Shown: one piece after another, positions 24,497-35,760 of the stretch | Position numbering within the stretch: the first letter of the stretch is position 1 | Layout of the letters: each line of letters starts with the position of its first letter | DNA from: Mobula hypostoma | Lineage: Eukaryota | Length of the DNA: 64,000 nt | Direction: 5' to 3' | Assembly: GCF_963921235.1 (NCBI RefSeq) | Contig: NC_086097.1 | Coordinates: 118,236,001 to 118,300,000, forward strand | Made by a program: the position numbers and the translations under genes | The notes under the pieces: model-generated | What the model was told of the DNA's origin: nothing | Database searches by the model: none | Seen by the model: only the letters and a program-made list of their open reading frames with translations

Positions 24497-24770
24497 ACCA
24501 CACAAAATGCTGGAGGAACTCAACAGGTCAGGCACATATATGGGGAGGAATAAACAGTCAATGTTTCAGGCCGAGTCCATCCATCAGGACTGGAAAGGAA
24601 GGAGGAAGAAACCAAAATAAAAAGGGAAGCAGTGAAAACTGGTGGGTAATAGGTGAACCTGGTGAGGGGGAAGGTGGGTGGGTAGGTGAGGAAGGAAGAC
24701 AAAGTGAGAAGCTGGAAGGTGATCAGTGGAAGAGGTAAAGGGCAGAAGATGAAGGAATCAGTGAAATGAG
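24497..24770 (-). mobile_element. Penelope-like 3' fragment with a decayed hammerhead (24556-24591)
   Basis: CACACAAAATGCTGGAGGAACTC...GTTTCAGGCCGAG...CATCAGGACT. Confidence 0.75.
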
Positions 24771-25184
24771 CTGAAGTCTTAGATGAAGCTAAGGTGAGCA
24801 AAGTAAATCTGACAGCAAAGCTGCAACACATCTCAATTGTAAGGCTATCTCTCTATCTCTACCACTACCCTTTATCCCACTGGTTTTGAGCAATGTTTCA
24901 GAGAATGCAGTCCCTCAAATGTAACAAATCCCATTGAGAGTACAAGTAAAGAAATAGGTTTCAAACTGCAGGGATATGCAAATTGAAGAGCCATGAAAAT
25001 CTTTGTCAGGGGCCCTTTTAATGCTTCATTTTATAAATGAAATTCAATAAATGTGTTAAAGGTATCAAAATAAAGGGTAATATTATCTGTAAGGGGGAGG
25101 GGTATAAAGGTACTGAAGCTGAACAGAAGTAGGGTTACGTTGTAATCTGATGGATAAATAAATAAAGATTATATGTGCTCTTTA

Positions 25185-26207
25185 TGTCATGGTCCAGTCC
25201 GTGAAGTCCGTATTCCGGTTCAAGGTCCAGTCCATTGACCCTTGCTCCAGGTTTTCCTATCTACCCTGTTTCTGTTCTTGTTGAGCTCTAATTGAGGCAG
25301 CTGATGCTCGTTGGGGCTGGCTGCATAAATACCTTCAGAGACCAGGGCGTGGCTGCTGGATTGTTCTTGTCCTTACTCCTTGTATCCCTTCCTCTGCCTT
25401 CTGTTTCCTCGCCTGAAGCCTTGCCTTTTCTTGTTGGTAACTATTGCCTCACCTGAAGTTCTTGCCTTGCTTTGCATTGCCTGAAGCCTTGCCTTATCTT
25501 GCTGGTAACTCTCACCCCGCCTCGCCTGCAGTCTTGCCCTGGAGCCACCTGTCCCTTGCCTCTGCTGGGTAAGTCAGGCTGTCTTGCCATTACCCTGTGG
25601 CTGGTTCTGTCCCTTGCCTCCGTCGGGTAAGCCAAGCCGTATTGCCGTTATCTATGGTTGGTTCTGTCCCTTCCTAACCCTCGCCTCCATCGGGTAAGCC
25701 AGGCCATCTTGCCGTTACCTGCGGTTGGTTCTGTCCCTTCCTGTCCTTTGCCTCTGTCGGGTAGTGATCCGTGCCCCGCCCAGGAGTACTGCGCCCCGGC
25801 CCAAGAGTACTGCACCCGGCCCAGGAGTACCACGCTCCGCCCAGGAGGAGCCTGCCTAGCTTCAAGCCTGAAGACTCCAGCCTCCTTCCTCCTGCCAAGC
25901 CTCGCCTCAAGTCTCTAGCCTCTAGCCTCAAGCCTGAAGACTCCACCCTCATCCTGCCTGCCTGCCAAACCTCATCCTTGCCTAGTTCTGGGGTCTGAGA
26001 CAGAGGCAAGACCCAGGTACTGGGTCCTTGCCCAGTCTCTGGCTCGGAGTCCAAGCCTGGGCTCCTAGCTCTCTTATCCAGTCCTGTTCCAGGTTCCTGG
26101 TTTTCCTGTCCATGTCCTTGCCATCACCCTGTATCCTAATCCTGTCCCTAGTACTTCAGTGTCTGTGTCTTGCACTTGGGTCCGTTCCCAGCCACCTCCG
26201 TATGACA
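25185..26207 (+). mobile_element. Solo LTR with internal tandem repeats
   Basis: TGTCATGG...TATGACA termini; shares blocks with 27093-28370; flanks do not form a TSD. Confidence 0.75.
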
Positions 26208-26949
26208 GGTAGTATATGGTACTTCAATTATATATTTACTTTGTACTTTGACCTTTGAACTTCAATGTTTTCATAGCTCTCTTGCAGGAATCCCAGCCAT
26301 GCAATTATGACACTTTAATATCCTTCACCCTGGAGCCTTGTCAACAATAAGTGGTTGGAGCTAAGCTTTCTTTGCCTCAGTGCCACACTTCTCAGTATAC
26401 CCTCTGAAAGAGCTATCCAGAAATTCTCCCATCTTCTACCTCACTCCTCAGCTGAAAGACTGAGTACATTGATAGAAGTAATAATCTGGGACAGTCTCAC
26501 AAGTCACAAGCTTCCACCTATAGCAATCTCAAGGCATAGCTGTACTGTCAACTATTTATTAACAATAAATTAATTCTAAATATAATAGAATCACTTGATG
26601 ATAGATTACAGTCAGTACATTGACTTAACTTAATTTCAAGTTAATTTGTGCTATTAGTCATGTTTATTAAGTTATATTTTTAATATCTACTTAATTCTTA
26701 TTTATTATTTATGAATATCAGATCTTAACTTAATTAAGTTTGCTACTGTTCAACTTGACATCTTCTATTTAGCTGTATTTAATACTATCCCCAAAGTTCT
26801 AATTAATGATATTATCTATTTAAATAATCATATGTTCTTTCCACCTGATTTAAATTGAATCATGCCTTCCCATTCTCATCAAATTCCTGACACCCGAGTT
26901 ATTTAGCAGATTCTTCAACCAAAGTGTATAAACAAATAACAACTAAATA

Positions 26950-28430
26950 CACTTCTGTACCTCCTGTACCTAATAACGTGGCTACTGAATGTACATTCAT
27001 GGCTTTCTGCTCAATTGCCCATACACTTCAAAGTTCAATGTGTTGTCTCTTCAGAGATACACTGTTGTAACACGAGGTTATTTGAGTTACATTGTCATGG
27101 TCCGGATCGGGTTATCTTTAAATTTACCTCATTTATGTTAGGATCTGGACCGTTGATTCCCTGTTTTCCCGTGTCCCTCGACTTTGGTGATTAGAGGCAA
27201 TTAACACTCGGCTGAGCTGGTAGTTTATAGTCTCCGGCTTTCAGCCATCCGGCGCAGGAGCTTCTGCAAAGTCACCAAGCTACGGCGTGCCAATGTCATC
27301 TGGCCGGAGCAAGCCTGGTCTCCGCCTGAAGCGAGTGCCGGTAATTTGCCTTTCCTTACCGGAGCAACCATGTCAAGTTACCCCGCTAAAGTGAGCCTGC
27401 AAAGTTTCCTCACCGAGGTTGGTCCATCAGTTAACCCGCCGGGGGGAATCAAGAACCGCTGTCTACTGTTCCCGAGCCGAGTCGAGAGCTCGCCACTACC
27501 CGGAGGCTCCAAGTCAAGTCCTGGCCCTGGCGGCATTCTGGCACCAAGTCAATTCTGGCCCTGGTGGTCTGTGATTCCTGTCTTATCCCCTTGTCTCAAT
27601 CCCTTCTCTGCCCCTCTCACCTCTAGCCCTCGTCTGCAGCCTCCGCCTGCACTTCTGTCTAGTTCCATCGCTGGAGCTAGATAGGTACTGTCTGGAGTTC
27701 ATTCGTGTTGGTCTTGTGTTGTCTTGTCCTCGTCCCCGTGGGGTAAGTCAGGCCATCTTGCCATTGCTCTGCAGGGGATCATGTCTTGTCTTGTCTGGTC
27801 CCTGCCTCTGTGGGGTAAGTCAGGCCGTCTTGCCATTGCCCCACGGGGGGTCATGTCTTGTCTTGTCTTGTCCTTGCCTCCGTGGGGTAAGTCAGGCCAT
27901 CTTGCCGTTGCCCCGCGGAGTGTCATGAGTCCCAGCCCTATGTCCTGTACCCAAGGAGGGGTCCTGACTCTGTGTTCTGTGTATGTGTCCATGGTTCCGT
28001 GTACACGCTCTCCCGAGACCGAGGCTGTGTTTTCCATGTTCCTCCTCTCCCTAGCCTATGGCATGTCCTTGCCTAGTTCTGGGGTCCGAGCCAGAGGCAA
28101 GACCCAGGTACTGGGTCCTTGCCCAGTCTCTGGCTCGGAGTTCATACCCTAGCCTCTTCATGTCTCCTCTAGTTCTGGAATCCAATTCCGAGTCCCAGCC
28201 CAGACCCCTAGTCCCAGCCTAGTCGTAGTCCTGAGTCCTTGTCCAGTTCGCTATTTCCTGCTCCTGCCTTGCTCTCCTGGTATCGAACAATAAACTAAAT
28301 CTAAGTAACCTCACAAGATGTGTCTTGCATTTGGGTCCACCCTTGCTCCCAATGCCCCACCGTTGTGACATACATCTGCTTTCCTGTCAACTTGAACCAG
28401 TCTGACCATTCCCCTCTGACCTTTCTCACT
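26950..28430 (-). mobile_element. Tc1-like non-autonomous relic split by a solo LTR
   Basis: 26950-27092 and 28376-28430 join into the reverse complement of the 31102 family. Confidence 0.6.
27093..28370 (+). mobile_element. Solo LTR, 1278 bp, with 72-bp internal repeats
   Basis: TGTCA...TGACA termini, perfect 5-bp TSD TACAT (27088-27092, 28371-28375), AATAAA near 28289. Confidence 0.88.
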
Positions 28431-28779
28431 ATTGATTATAATCTTTTCCAGGATTGTCTCTTACTTTGGGATCACATGAATAAAAGTATAGCCTGCCATG
28501 ATTATCTGCAGCCTGTCCTGATGTTGGAAGCCTGGGTGGGTGGGAAGGAGAGAGGAAATGGACTTATTTTGTTGCTGTTGTGTCTTTGTTGTTGTGGTGG
28601 CTTATTTTATACTGATAAGCGCAGTGGGCATACTATGTTGGTACTGGAAAGTGTGGCGACAGCTACAGGTTGCCCCAGCATATCCTTAGTGTTGTGTTGG
28701 CTGTTAATGCAATTAATGCTTTTTACTGTATGTTTCGCTCCACATGTGATAAATCAATAAATGCAGAATGCAATGAGAT

Positions 28780-29160
28780 GCAGAATGCAGATGACACTCA
28801 TGTTTCTATAGGCTCAGAGGTCAGACTCATGATATCATCAATTTGTTCAATAAAACATAAGAGGAAGGGACTTACAATCAATGCCTGCAAGACCAGGATT
28901 CTTTACTTACATCCTTCCACACTGCTTTCTGGCAATAAAGATTCACAGTGAGATCTAGGACAATGTGGACAACTTCACAATTTCCTCCAAGACCGGCCTT
29001 TTGGTTGAGGCAAACACAGAAGATGAAATTCAGCAATGGGCTTCAATGTTCTATCAGTCCTTTGCTCGGTTGAGGAAAAGGATACATCAGCATCAAGACT
29101 TCAGACATGTCATGTTATCAGACAGCAATAATCTTTGCCTTCCTATACTGTGACCTGGGC
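28780..29160 (+). mobile_element. Old RTE-like RT remnant
   Basis: ADD...GLTINACKT...SFARLRKR-like translation with stops. Confidence 0.45.
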
Positions 29161-29344
29161 AACCTACTATTCACCAGCTCTAATTGGTCAATTAATACTC
29201 AAACATAATTATTAGTCAGATAGTCGGGCATCCATTCGCAGGTGATCGGTTGTGAACGACCATTAACCTACTGATGAAATGAAGAAAGTTAAATTAAAAA
29301 TAATCCACCATTTTTTATAACTTAACCCTCTTGCTATGATAAAT

Positions 29345-30195
29345 ACTTTGTACTTCATTGTCGCCAAACAATTGCTACTAGAACGTACAATCATCACAGT
29401 GATATTTGATTCTGCGCTTCCTGTTCCCTGGATTACAAATCGATAGTAAATATTAAAAATTTAAATGATAAATCATAAATAGAAAACAGAAAAATGGAAA
29501 GTAAGGGAGAACAAAAAAACCGAGAGGCAGGTCCGGATATTTGGAGGGTACGGCCCAGATCTGTGTCAGGATCCATTCAGCAGTCTTATCACAGTTGGAA
29601 AGAAGCTGTTCCCAAATCTGGCCAAAGGGAAGAGGCCGGAGGGAAGACGGACGAAAAGTGTGTTGGCTGGGTGGGCCTTGTCCTTGATTATCCTGGCAGC
29701 ACTGTTCCGACAGCGTGTGGTGTAAAGTGAGTCCAAGGACAGAAGTTTGGTTTGTGTGATGTGCTGCGCCGTGTTCACAATTTTCTGCAGCTTCTTCCGG
29801 TCTTGGGCAGGGCAATTTCCATACCAGGTTGTGATGCACCCAAGAAGAATGCTTTCTATGGTGCAGCTATAAAAATTAGTGAGGGTTTTAAGGGACAGGC
29901 CAAATTTCTTTAGTTTTCTCCGGAAGTAAAGGCGCTGGTGGGCCTTCTTGGCAGTGGACTCTGCTTGGTTGGACCAAGTCAGGTTATTTGTGATATTGAC
30001 CCCGAGGAACTTAAAGCTTTTGACCTGTTCCACTTGTGCACCACCGATGTAAACTGGGTCGTGCCGTCCACTACTCCTTCTGAAGTCAACAACCAATTCC
30101 TTCATCTTGCTGACGTTCAGAGATAGGTTATTGTCTTCGGACTATGCCACCAGTTTCTTAATTTCCTCTCTGTACTCAAACTCATCATTACCCGA
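29345..30195 (-). mobile_element. Rex1/Babar LINE 3' fragment
   Basis: ORF 29566-30105: KELVVDFRR...SFKFLGV...QRLYF..LTNFYSCTIESIL..CITTWYGNC. Confidence 0.9.
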
Positions 30196-30473
30196 GTAAT
30201 GAACGTAGTAACAGAGTCATGTTCTGTGTACATTTACCAGAATAGAAACAGGCAGCGTTCTCCTACCTAGTCCATGCTAAGCTTTTATTCTGCCTAGTCC
30301 CATCAACTTGCACAGAATAATGTTAAAGTTTATTGCTGGTTAAAGTCTGTTTGCATCTGAGACAAAGGAAATCATAGAGCAGGCCATCACAATATTTTAT
30401 ATTTAGCAGAGGGAATTAACCTTCGGTTGCTAACCACATGACCATTTCAGAATATCAGTCTCCTGTTGTATTA

Positions 30474-30774
30474 AAGGCATCCATTAGTCTTGCGAGACCA
30501 TGGATCTGCACCTGGAAAGTCTTCACACTCCAGGGCACAGGCCTGGGCAAGGTTGTATGGAAGACAGGCAGTTGCCCATGCTGCAAGCTCCCCTCTCCAT
30601 GCCACTGATGTTGTCCAAGGGAACGGCATTAGGACCCATACAGCTTGGCACCAGTGTCGTCACAGAGCAATGTGTGATTAAGTGCCTTGCTCAAAGACAC
30701 AACATGTTGCCTCGGCTAGGGCTTGAACTCACAATCTTCAGGTCGCTAGTCGAATGCTTTAACTACCTGGCCAC
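30474..30774 (-). mobile_element. tRNA-derived SINE (family A)
   Basis: Reverse complement of 11583-11889. Confidence 0.9.
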
Positions 30775-31101
30775 TTTGAATGTATTGTTCAACTGCCTTC
30801 AGCACCATCGCCAGCATCTATCATTATGGATCCCCCACCATCCTGGTCATGCCATGTTCTCAATACTACCATGAGGTAGGAGTTACAGAAAACCTAACTT
30901 TCATACCGCCTGACTCAGGAACAAATACTCTCCTACAACCATCAGACTCTTGAAGCATACTGCATAACCCTAATCTCACCTTAGCAATGGAACACCACAA
31001 GCCACCTCTTACACTACCATGGGCTTGCCACTGATAGTGTTTTGTTTCCTGTACTAATGTCTTGCTTTGCGTCTTTTAATCTTCACTGTCCTGTATATTT
31101 A

Positions 31102-31669
31102 CACTCAGTGGCCACTTTATCAGGTGCACTTGTACACCTGCTCGTTAATACAAATATCTAATCAGCTACATTCATATGTCAGCAACCCAATGCATTAAAA
31201 CATACAGATATGGTCAAGAGGTTTAATTGTTCTTTTGAGCAAACATCAGATTGGGGAAGAAATGCAATCTAAGTGACTTTGACCACGGAATGATTGTTGA
31301 CGCCAGATGGGGTGATTTGAGTATTTCAGAACCTGCTGATCTCCTGGGTTTTTCACACACATGAGTCTCTAGAGTTTACAGAGAATAGTGTGAAAAACAA
31401 AAAAAAACAATGAGCAGCAGTTCTGTGGGAAAAAATGCTTTGTTAAAGACAGAAGTCAGAGGAGAATAGCCAGACTGATTCAAGCTGACGGGAAGGCAAC
31501 AGTAACTTAGGTAACCCCATGTTATAACAGTGGTGTGCAGAAGGGCAGCACTAAATGTACAACAAGTGAAACCTTGAAGTGGATTGGCTACAGCAGCAGA
31601 AGATCACAAACATATACTCAGTGACCACTTTATTAGGAACAGGAAATACCTAATAAAGTGGCCACTGAG
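31102..31669 (+). mobile_element. Non-autonomous Tc1-like element
   Basis: TA-CACTCAGTGGCCACTTTAT ... ATAAAGTGGCCACTGAG TIRs; remnant of a transposase N-terminus (LSDFDHGMIV). Confidence 0.8.
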
Positions 31670-31989
31670 ACCATGTAAAACTTATATTATTCATCTTGCC
31701 TGAATCCACATGTTGGTGATGCCTCTGCAAGCAACTTTTTCATTACACCTCAACCTCACTGTATTGTGTACATGATAATAAACTCAACTTCATTTCAGTG
31801 AAGCTGCATGTATCAGGGTGAGTAAACTGACTGCTGACATTATGCACCAAAGGAATTTCTCTGCAAGATTATTTTCTTTCACACTTTATCAGTTCTTTGT
31901 GATAGCACCCACACTCTTATAAATCTCTGTCGAGGCAACCTTGAGTAACTGTGGGAATCTCACAATTGTACCACTGACTCTAGGTAATG

Positions 31990-32560
31990 ATTGACTAGTT
32001 GTCTGTCGTATCTGACATTGACAGAATGGTTCAGTTCTTCAATGATGTGATGTGAAGTACACTAAAAACCCACGTGGGAGAGCTTTAAAAGTGGAAAAGC
32101 CATTGCATTAGGACAGTTCTACTCTCACGATCTCAAAAGTCTGTGTCCAGTGTATGAGTACTCATCACAACTGGGGCCTTCCATGATTACAGTGGATGAC
32201 CTTGACTTCTTCTGTGCTTTTACATGCCCTTCGCTCTCCACGAAGAACGGCAGAATTACGTTCAAGGCCTTTAGATCTCACTGTTGGTCTCAGCCACCCA
32301 GTCAGCCAGAGCTGACTTAGCATGCTAGGACAGGCATGTTCCTCTTGCACTGAGGAATGAGGCCCACCAGCTACCCACTTCTGGTTTAGCACACCTGTCA
32401 AAGCAGAGTTCCAGGGTGTGGACGCTTCACGTGCAGACAGCTACTTGGAGCCATACAGGAGAACTAAGTGTCTGGTGGGGACCAAAGATGCCCCAGAGCG
32501 TACATGACAAACCCCTTCACCACAGGTGATATCCCTCCCTGGACACTTCACATACCCCAG
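31990..32560 (-). mobile_element. Old non-autonomous retroposon, possibly RTE-related
   Basis: GC-richer island with several hairpins at the presumed 5' end; family assignment uncertain. Confidence 0.35.
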
Positions 32561-33249
32561 CCCTAGGTAATATACACACAAATTAAGACACTCGGAACCT
32601 GCTAGACAAATTAAAACTTGTTACATAAGCATGAAGAAATTCAACAGGACATGGACAGTCAGTGAGCTGTCTGAATTTGCAGGGTCTGGAATTTTCACTG
32701 CATTTTCTGTAACCTGCTGTTGTGCCCAGACTGGTACAGATGTTCATCCTCCATTCATTCAGCTTCATCCCAGTAATTTCAACAGTGTACAGCTCTCTGC
32801 ATTCTCCAAAGCTCCTGTGTGAGCTGTGAATAATTATGCAAATAAACTGATGCATGAACATTGAGTATCTTTGGCACATTATCATTCCAGCAAAGGCTGC
32901 ACCTATTCATAATTAATTAGAAACGACTAGAACTAGTGCAAAAAAAATTGGTTCACATTTGCTATGCAATAACTTTTGTGAAATCATTTGTTTCCAAATG
33001 CAATAAATCTTCACCCTATTTGAAAGCCTCCAGGTCCCTGTTCAATAAGTTGCTACATGATTCAGGGATAATGGGTTCTATGTTCTGTTCTCAACCTATC
33101 CTTAGTTAACATCTGTGGCCTTAGATCTCTAAATGTCCTAAGGTTAGGAGAGGAAAAGTTCATGATAACTGTTATGGAGAAGAGCTCAGATAAGACTTAT
33201 AGTAACACTCATATCCTTTGACATTTAGTGCCTGCATCTGTATATTGAT

Positions 33250-33540
33250 TTGTATTTATTTACTGAGAGACAGTGCAGAATAGGCCCTTCTGGCCCTTCG
33301 AGCCACGCAACCCAGCAATCCCCTGATCTACTCTGAGCTGAATCACAGGACAGTTTATAATGACCAATTAACCTACCAACTGGTACACCTTTGGGCTGTG
33401 GGAGGAAGCCAGAACACCTCTTGGAAACACACACGGTCACAGGGAGAACGTATAAGCTCCTTACAGGCAAAGGTGGGAATTTAACTTGGGTCACCTGTAC
33501 TGTAAAGCCTTGTGCTAACTACAATGCTACCTTGCCACTA
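33250..33540 (-). mobile_element. HE1/V-SINE-like element
   Basis: TGACCAATTAACCTA...GTGGGAGGAAGCCAGAACACC...CACACGGTCACAGGGAGAACG. Confidence 0.8.
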
Positions 33541-33967
33541 CAGTATATGAAGACTAACCCTTGTGGTTGGGCACCGGGAGAGATCTGTGAACTGTATTCT
33601 AGCAAAGAGACAAAGATGTCAGCAAGAGGTGCAATATGGCAATAAAATAAGAATAAAATAGCGTACATTGACCTACACCTTAGTTTGCAATTAAGTTTGA
33701 GCTACGATTTGGCAATAATTTGACTAAACTTAAAGGACAACTTGGCTGAATATTCATAATAGCACTGAATATTAACTTAAGGAAAAAAGTTTGATGCCAT
33801 TAATGAATTGAAATGTTTTAACTGTTATAGACAAAGTAGAAAGAACAGAAGATCTGAGCAGTTCACATGCCTAGTAGAAAATTCATTGTTTATCATAACT
33901 CCCAAATAGGTGGATTGTGGTCATATGAGACTCTAAGGATCTCAAACCTAACCTCAGGCCACCCATT

Positions 33968-34670
33968 TTATTTTATTTAGAAATACAGCACAGTAACTGG
34001 CCTTCCAACCCAATGACCCAAAACACTCAATTACACCCGTGTGTAACGGTAACAGGCCTTCAGACCCAATGACCCAAAACACTCAATTACACCTGTGTGT
34101 AACAGTAACAGGTCTTTCAACCCAACGAGCCCAAAACACTCAATTACACCCGTGTGTAATGGTAACAGGCCTTCTGACCCAATGAGTCCAAAACACCCAA
34201 TTACACCCGTGTGTAACGGTAACAGGCCTTACCGACCCAATGAGAACAAAACACCCAGTTACACCCGTGTGTAACGGTAACAGGCCTTGTTGAACCAATG
34301 AGTCCAAAACACCCATTTACACCCGTGTATAACGGTAACAGGCCTTGCTGAACCAAAGAGTCCAAAACACTCAATTACACCCGTGTGTAACGGTAACAGG
34401 TCTTTCGACCCAATGAACACAGAACACTCAATTACACCCGTGTGTAACGGTAACAGGCCTTACCGACCCAATGAGCCTGTGCTACTCAATTATCCCACAT
34501 GACCAATTAACCTACGAGTCCTAACTGATATGTCTTTGGGACGTGGGAGAAAACCGGAACACCCAAAGGAAACCCACACGGTCACAGGCAGAATGTATAA
34601 CTGCTTTAGAGACAGTGCCGGGTCACTGGTGCTGTGAAGGGTTGTGCTAACCACCTTGTTACAGTGACAC
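33968..34670 (-). mobile_element. HE1/V-SINE-like element containing a minisatellite
   Basis: Tail TTTATTTAGAAATACAGCAC; body GACCAATTAACC...GGAAACCCACACGGTCAC. Confidence 0.75.
33991..34495. repeat. Minisatellite with a 56-58 bp unit, 8 full copies plus a partial one
   Basis: Unit about CGGTAACAGGCCTTnnGACCCAATGAGnnCAAAACACTCAATTACACCCGTGTGTAA. Confidence 0.95.
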
Positions 34671-34879
34671 CACTTGTTAATGGGGATAAGACAACCACCC
34701 TGCTTCCAAGGGGTGGGTCAGCCAGTGAAGCTCACTACATCTTTTTGAAGTTCACTCCCACACTGTTACATTGCTTTGTAGTTTAACTCTTTGAATTAAT
34801 GATCCACAAGGAAATCTTGCAGTTAGAAAGAGGTGAAGACGGCTGCAGGGAGAAGGCATGTGTTTTATCCACAGTCTAG

Positions 34880-35100
34880 TTGATTAGCCAGCCAATTGGA
34901 TACCTTTGCACCACAAGCACTGATTTACCACTGTAATCGTTGAAGTGGCACCTTATCAAATCGCTTCTGGAAATCGAAGTACTGTGTATCCACCAGTTCC
35001 TTTCATATATTGCATAACCCACGAATAAATTCAAATAAATTAGACAAACATGATTTTCTTTGCACCAAACCATGGTGATATTGCCTAATTTTGTTTTCAA
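34880..35100 (-). mobile_element. Old CR1 RT fragment
   Basis: GTGGCACCTTATCAAA and TTAGACAAACATGATTTTC are reverse complements of the FDKVPH and KSCLSN motifs. Confidence 0.6.
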
Positions 35101-35124
35101 AATACCATCGTACATCATTAACAG

Positions 35125-35760
35125 CTCAGAATCAGAATCAAAATCAAAGTTCAAATTAAATTTGCTATCAAAGTACATATACGTCACCATATACTACTGT
35201 GAGATCCATTTTCTTACAGAAATTTGCAGTAGATGCAAAGAAACCCAATAGAATCAGTGAAAAACTACACACCATCAAAGATAGACAAACAGCCAATGTG
35301 CATAAGAAGACAAACTGCAATTCCCAAAAATGATAATCAAGTCAGTGAGTAAGTAAGTAAATAAATAAATAATACTGAGAACATGAGTTGTCGAGTCTTA
35401 GGAAGTGAGTTCACAGGTTACAGAATAGTTCATTGACATCGTGACTGAAGTTATCCATGCTTGTTCAGGAACATGATGGTTGATGGGTAATAGCTGTTCC
35501 TGAACCTGCTGGTGTAGAACCCAGGTCTCCTGCACTTCCTTCCCAATGGCTGCAGCAAGAAGAGGATACAGCCTTGATGGCAGAGATCCTTGATGATGGA
35601 TGGTGCTTTCTTGTGGCAGCTGCCCTTCTAAATGTGTTCAATGGTAGGGAGGGCTTTCCCTGTGATGACCCTGACTGCATTCACTACTTTGTGTAGGCTT
35701 TTCCTTTCATGGGCATTGGTGCTTCTATACCGAGCCATAATGCAGTCAGGATACACTCAG
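35125..35760 (-). mobile_element. Rex1/Babar-derived relic
   Basis: Same tail and body as 51225-51900 and 59660-60300. Confidence 0.7.

Noticed and set aside
27346..28152. Pro/Ser-rich ORFs
   Set aside because: Arise from GC-rich tandem repeats inside a solo LTR
32583..32885. Coding exon in unique sequence
   Set aside because: Open frames on both strands, but no recognisable homology and no convincing splice-site pair
33991..34495. CRISPR array (palindromic repeat plus variable spacer)
   Set aside because: The spacers are homologous to each other, the array derives from a SINE, no cas genes are present and the context is vertebrate
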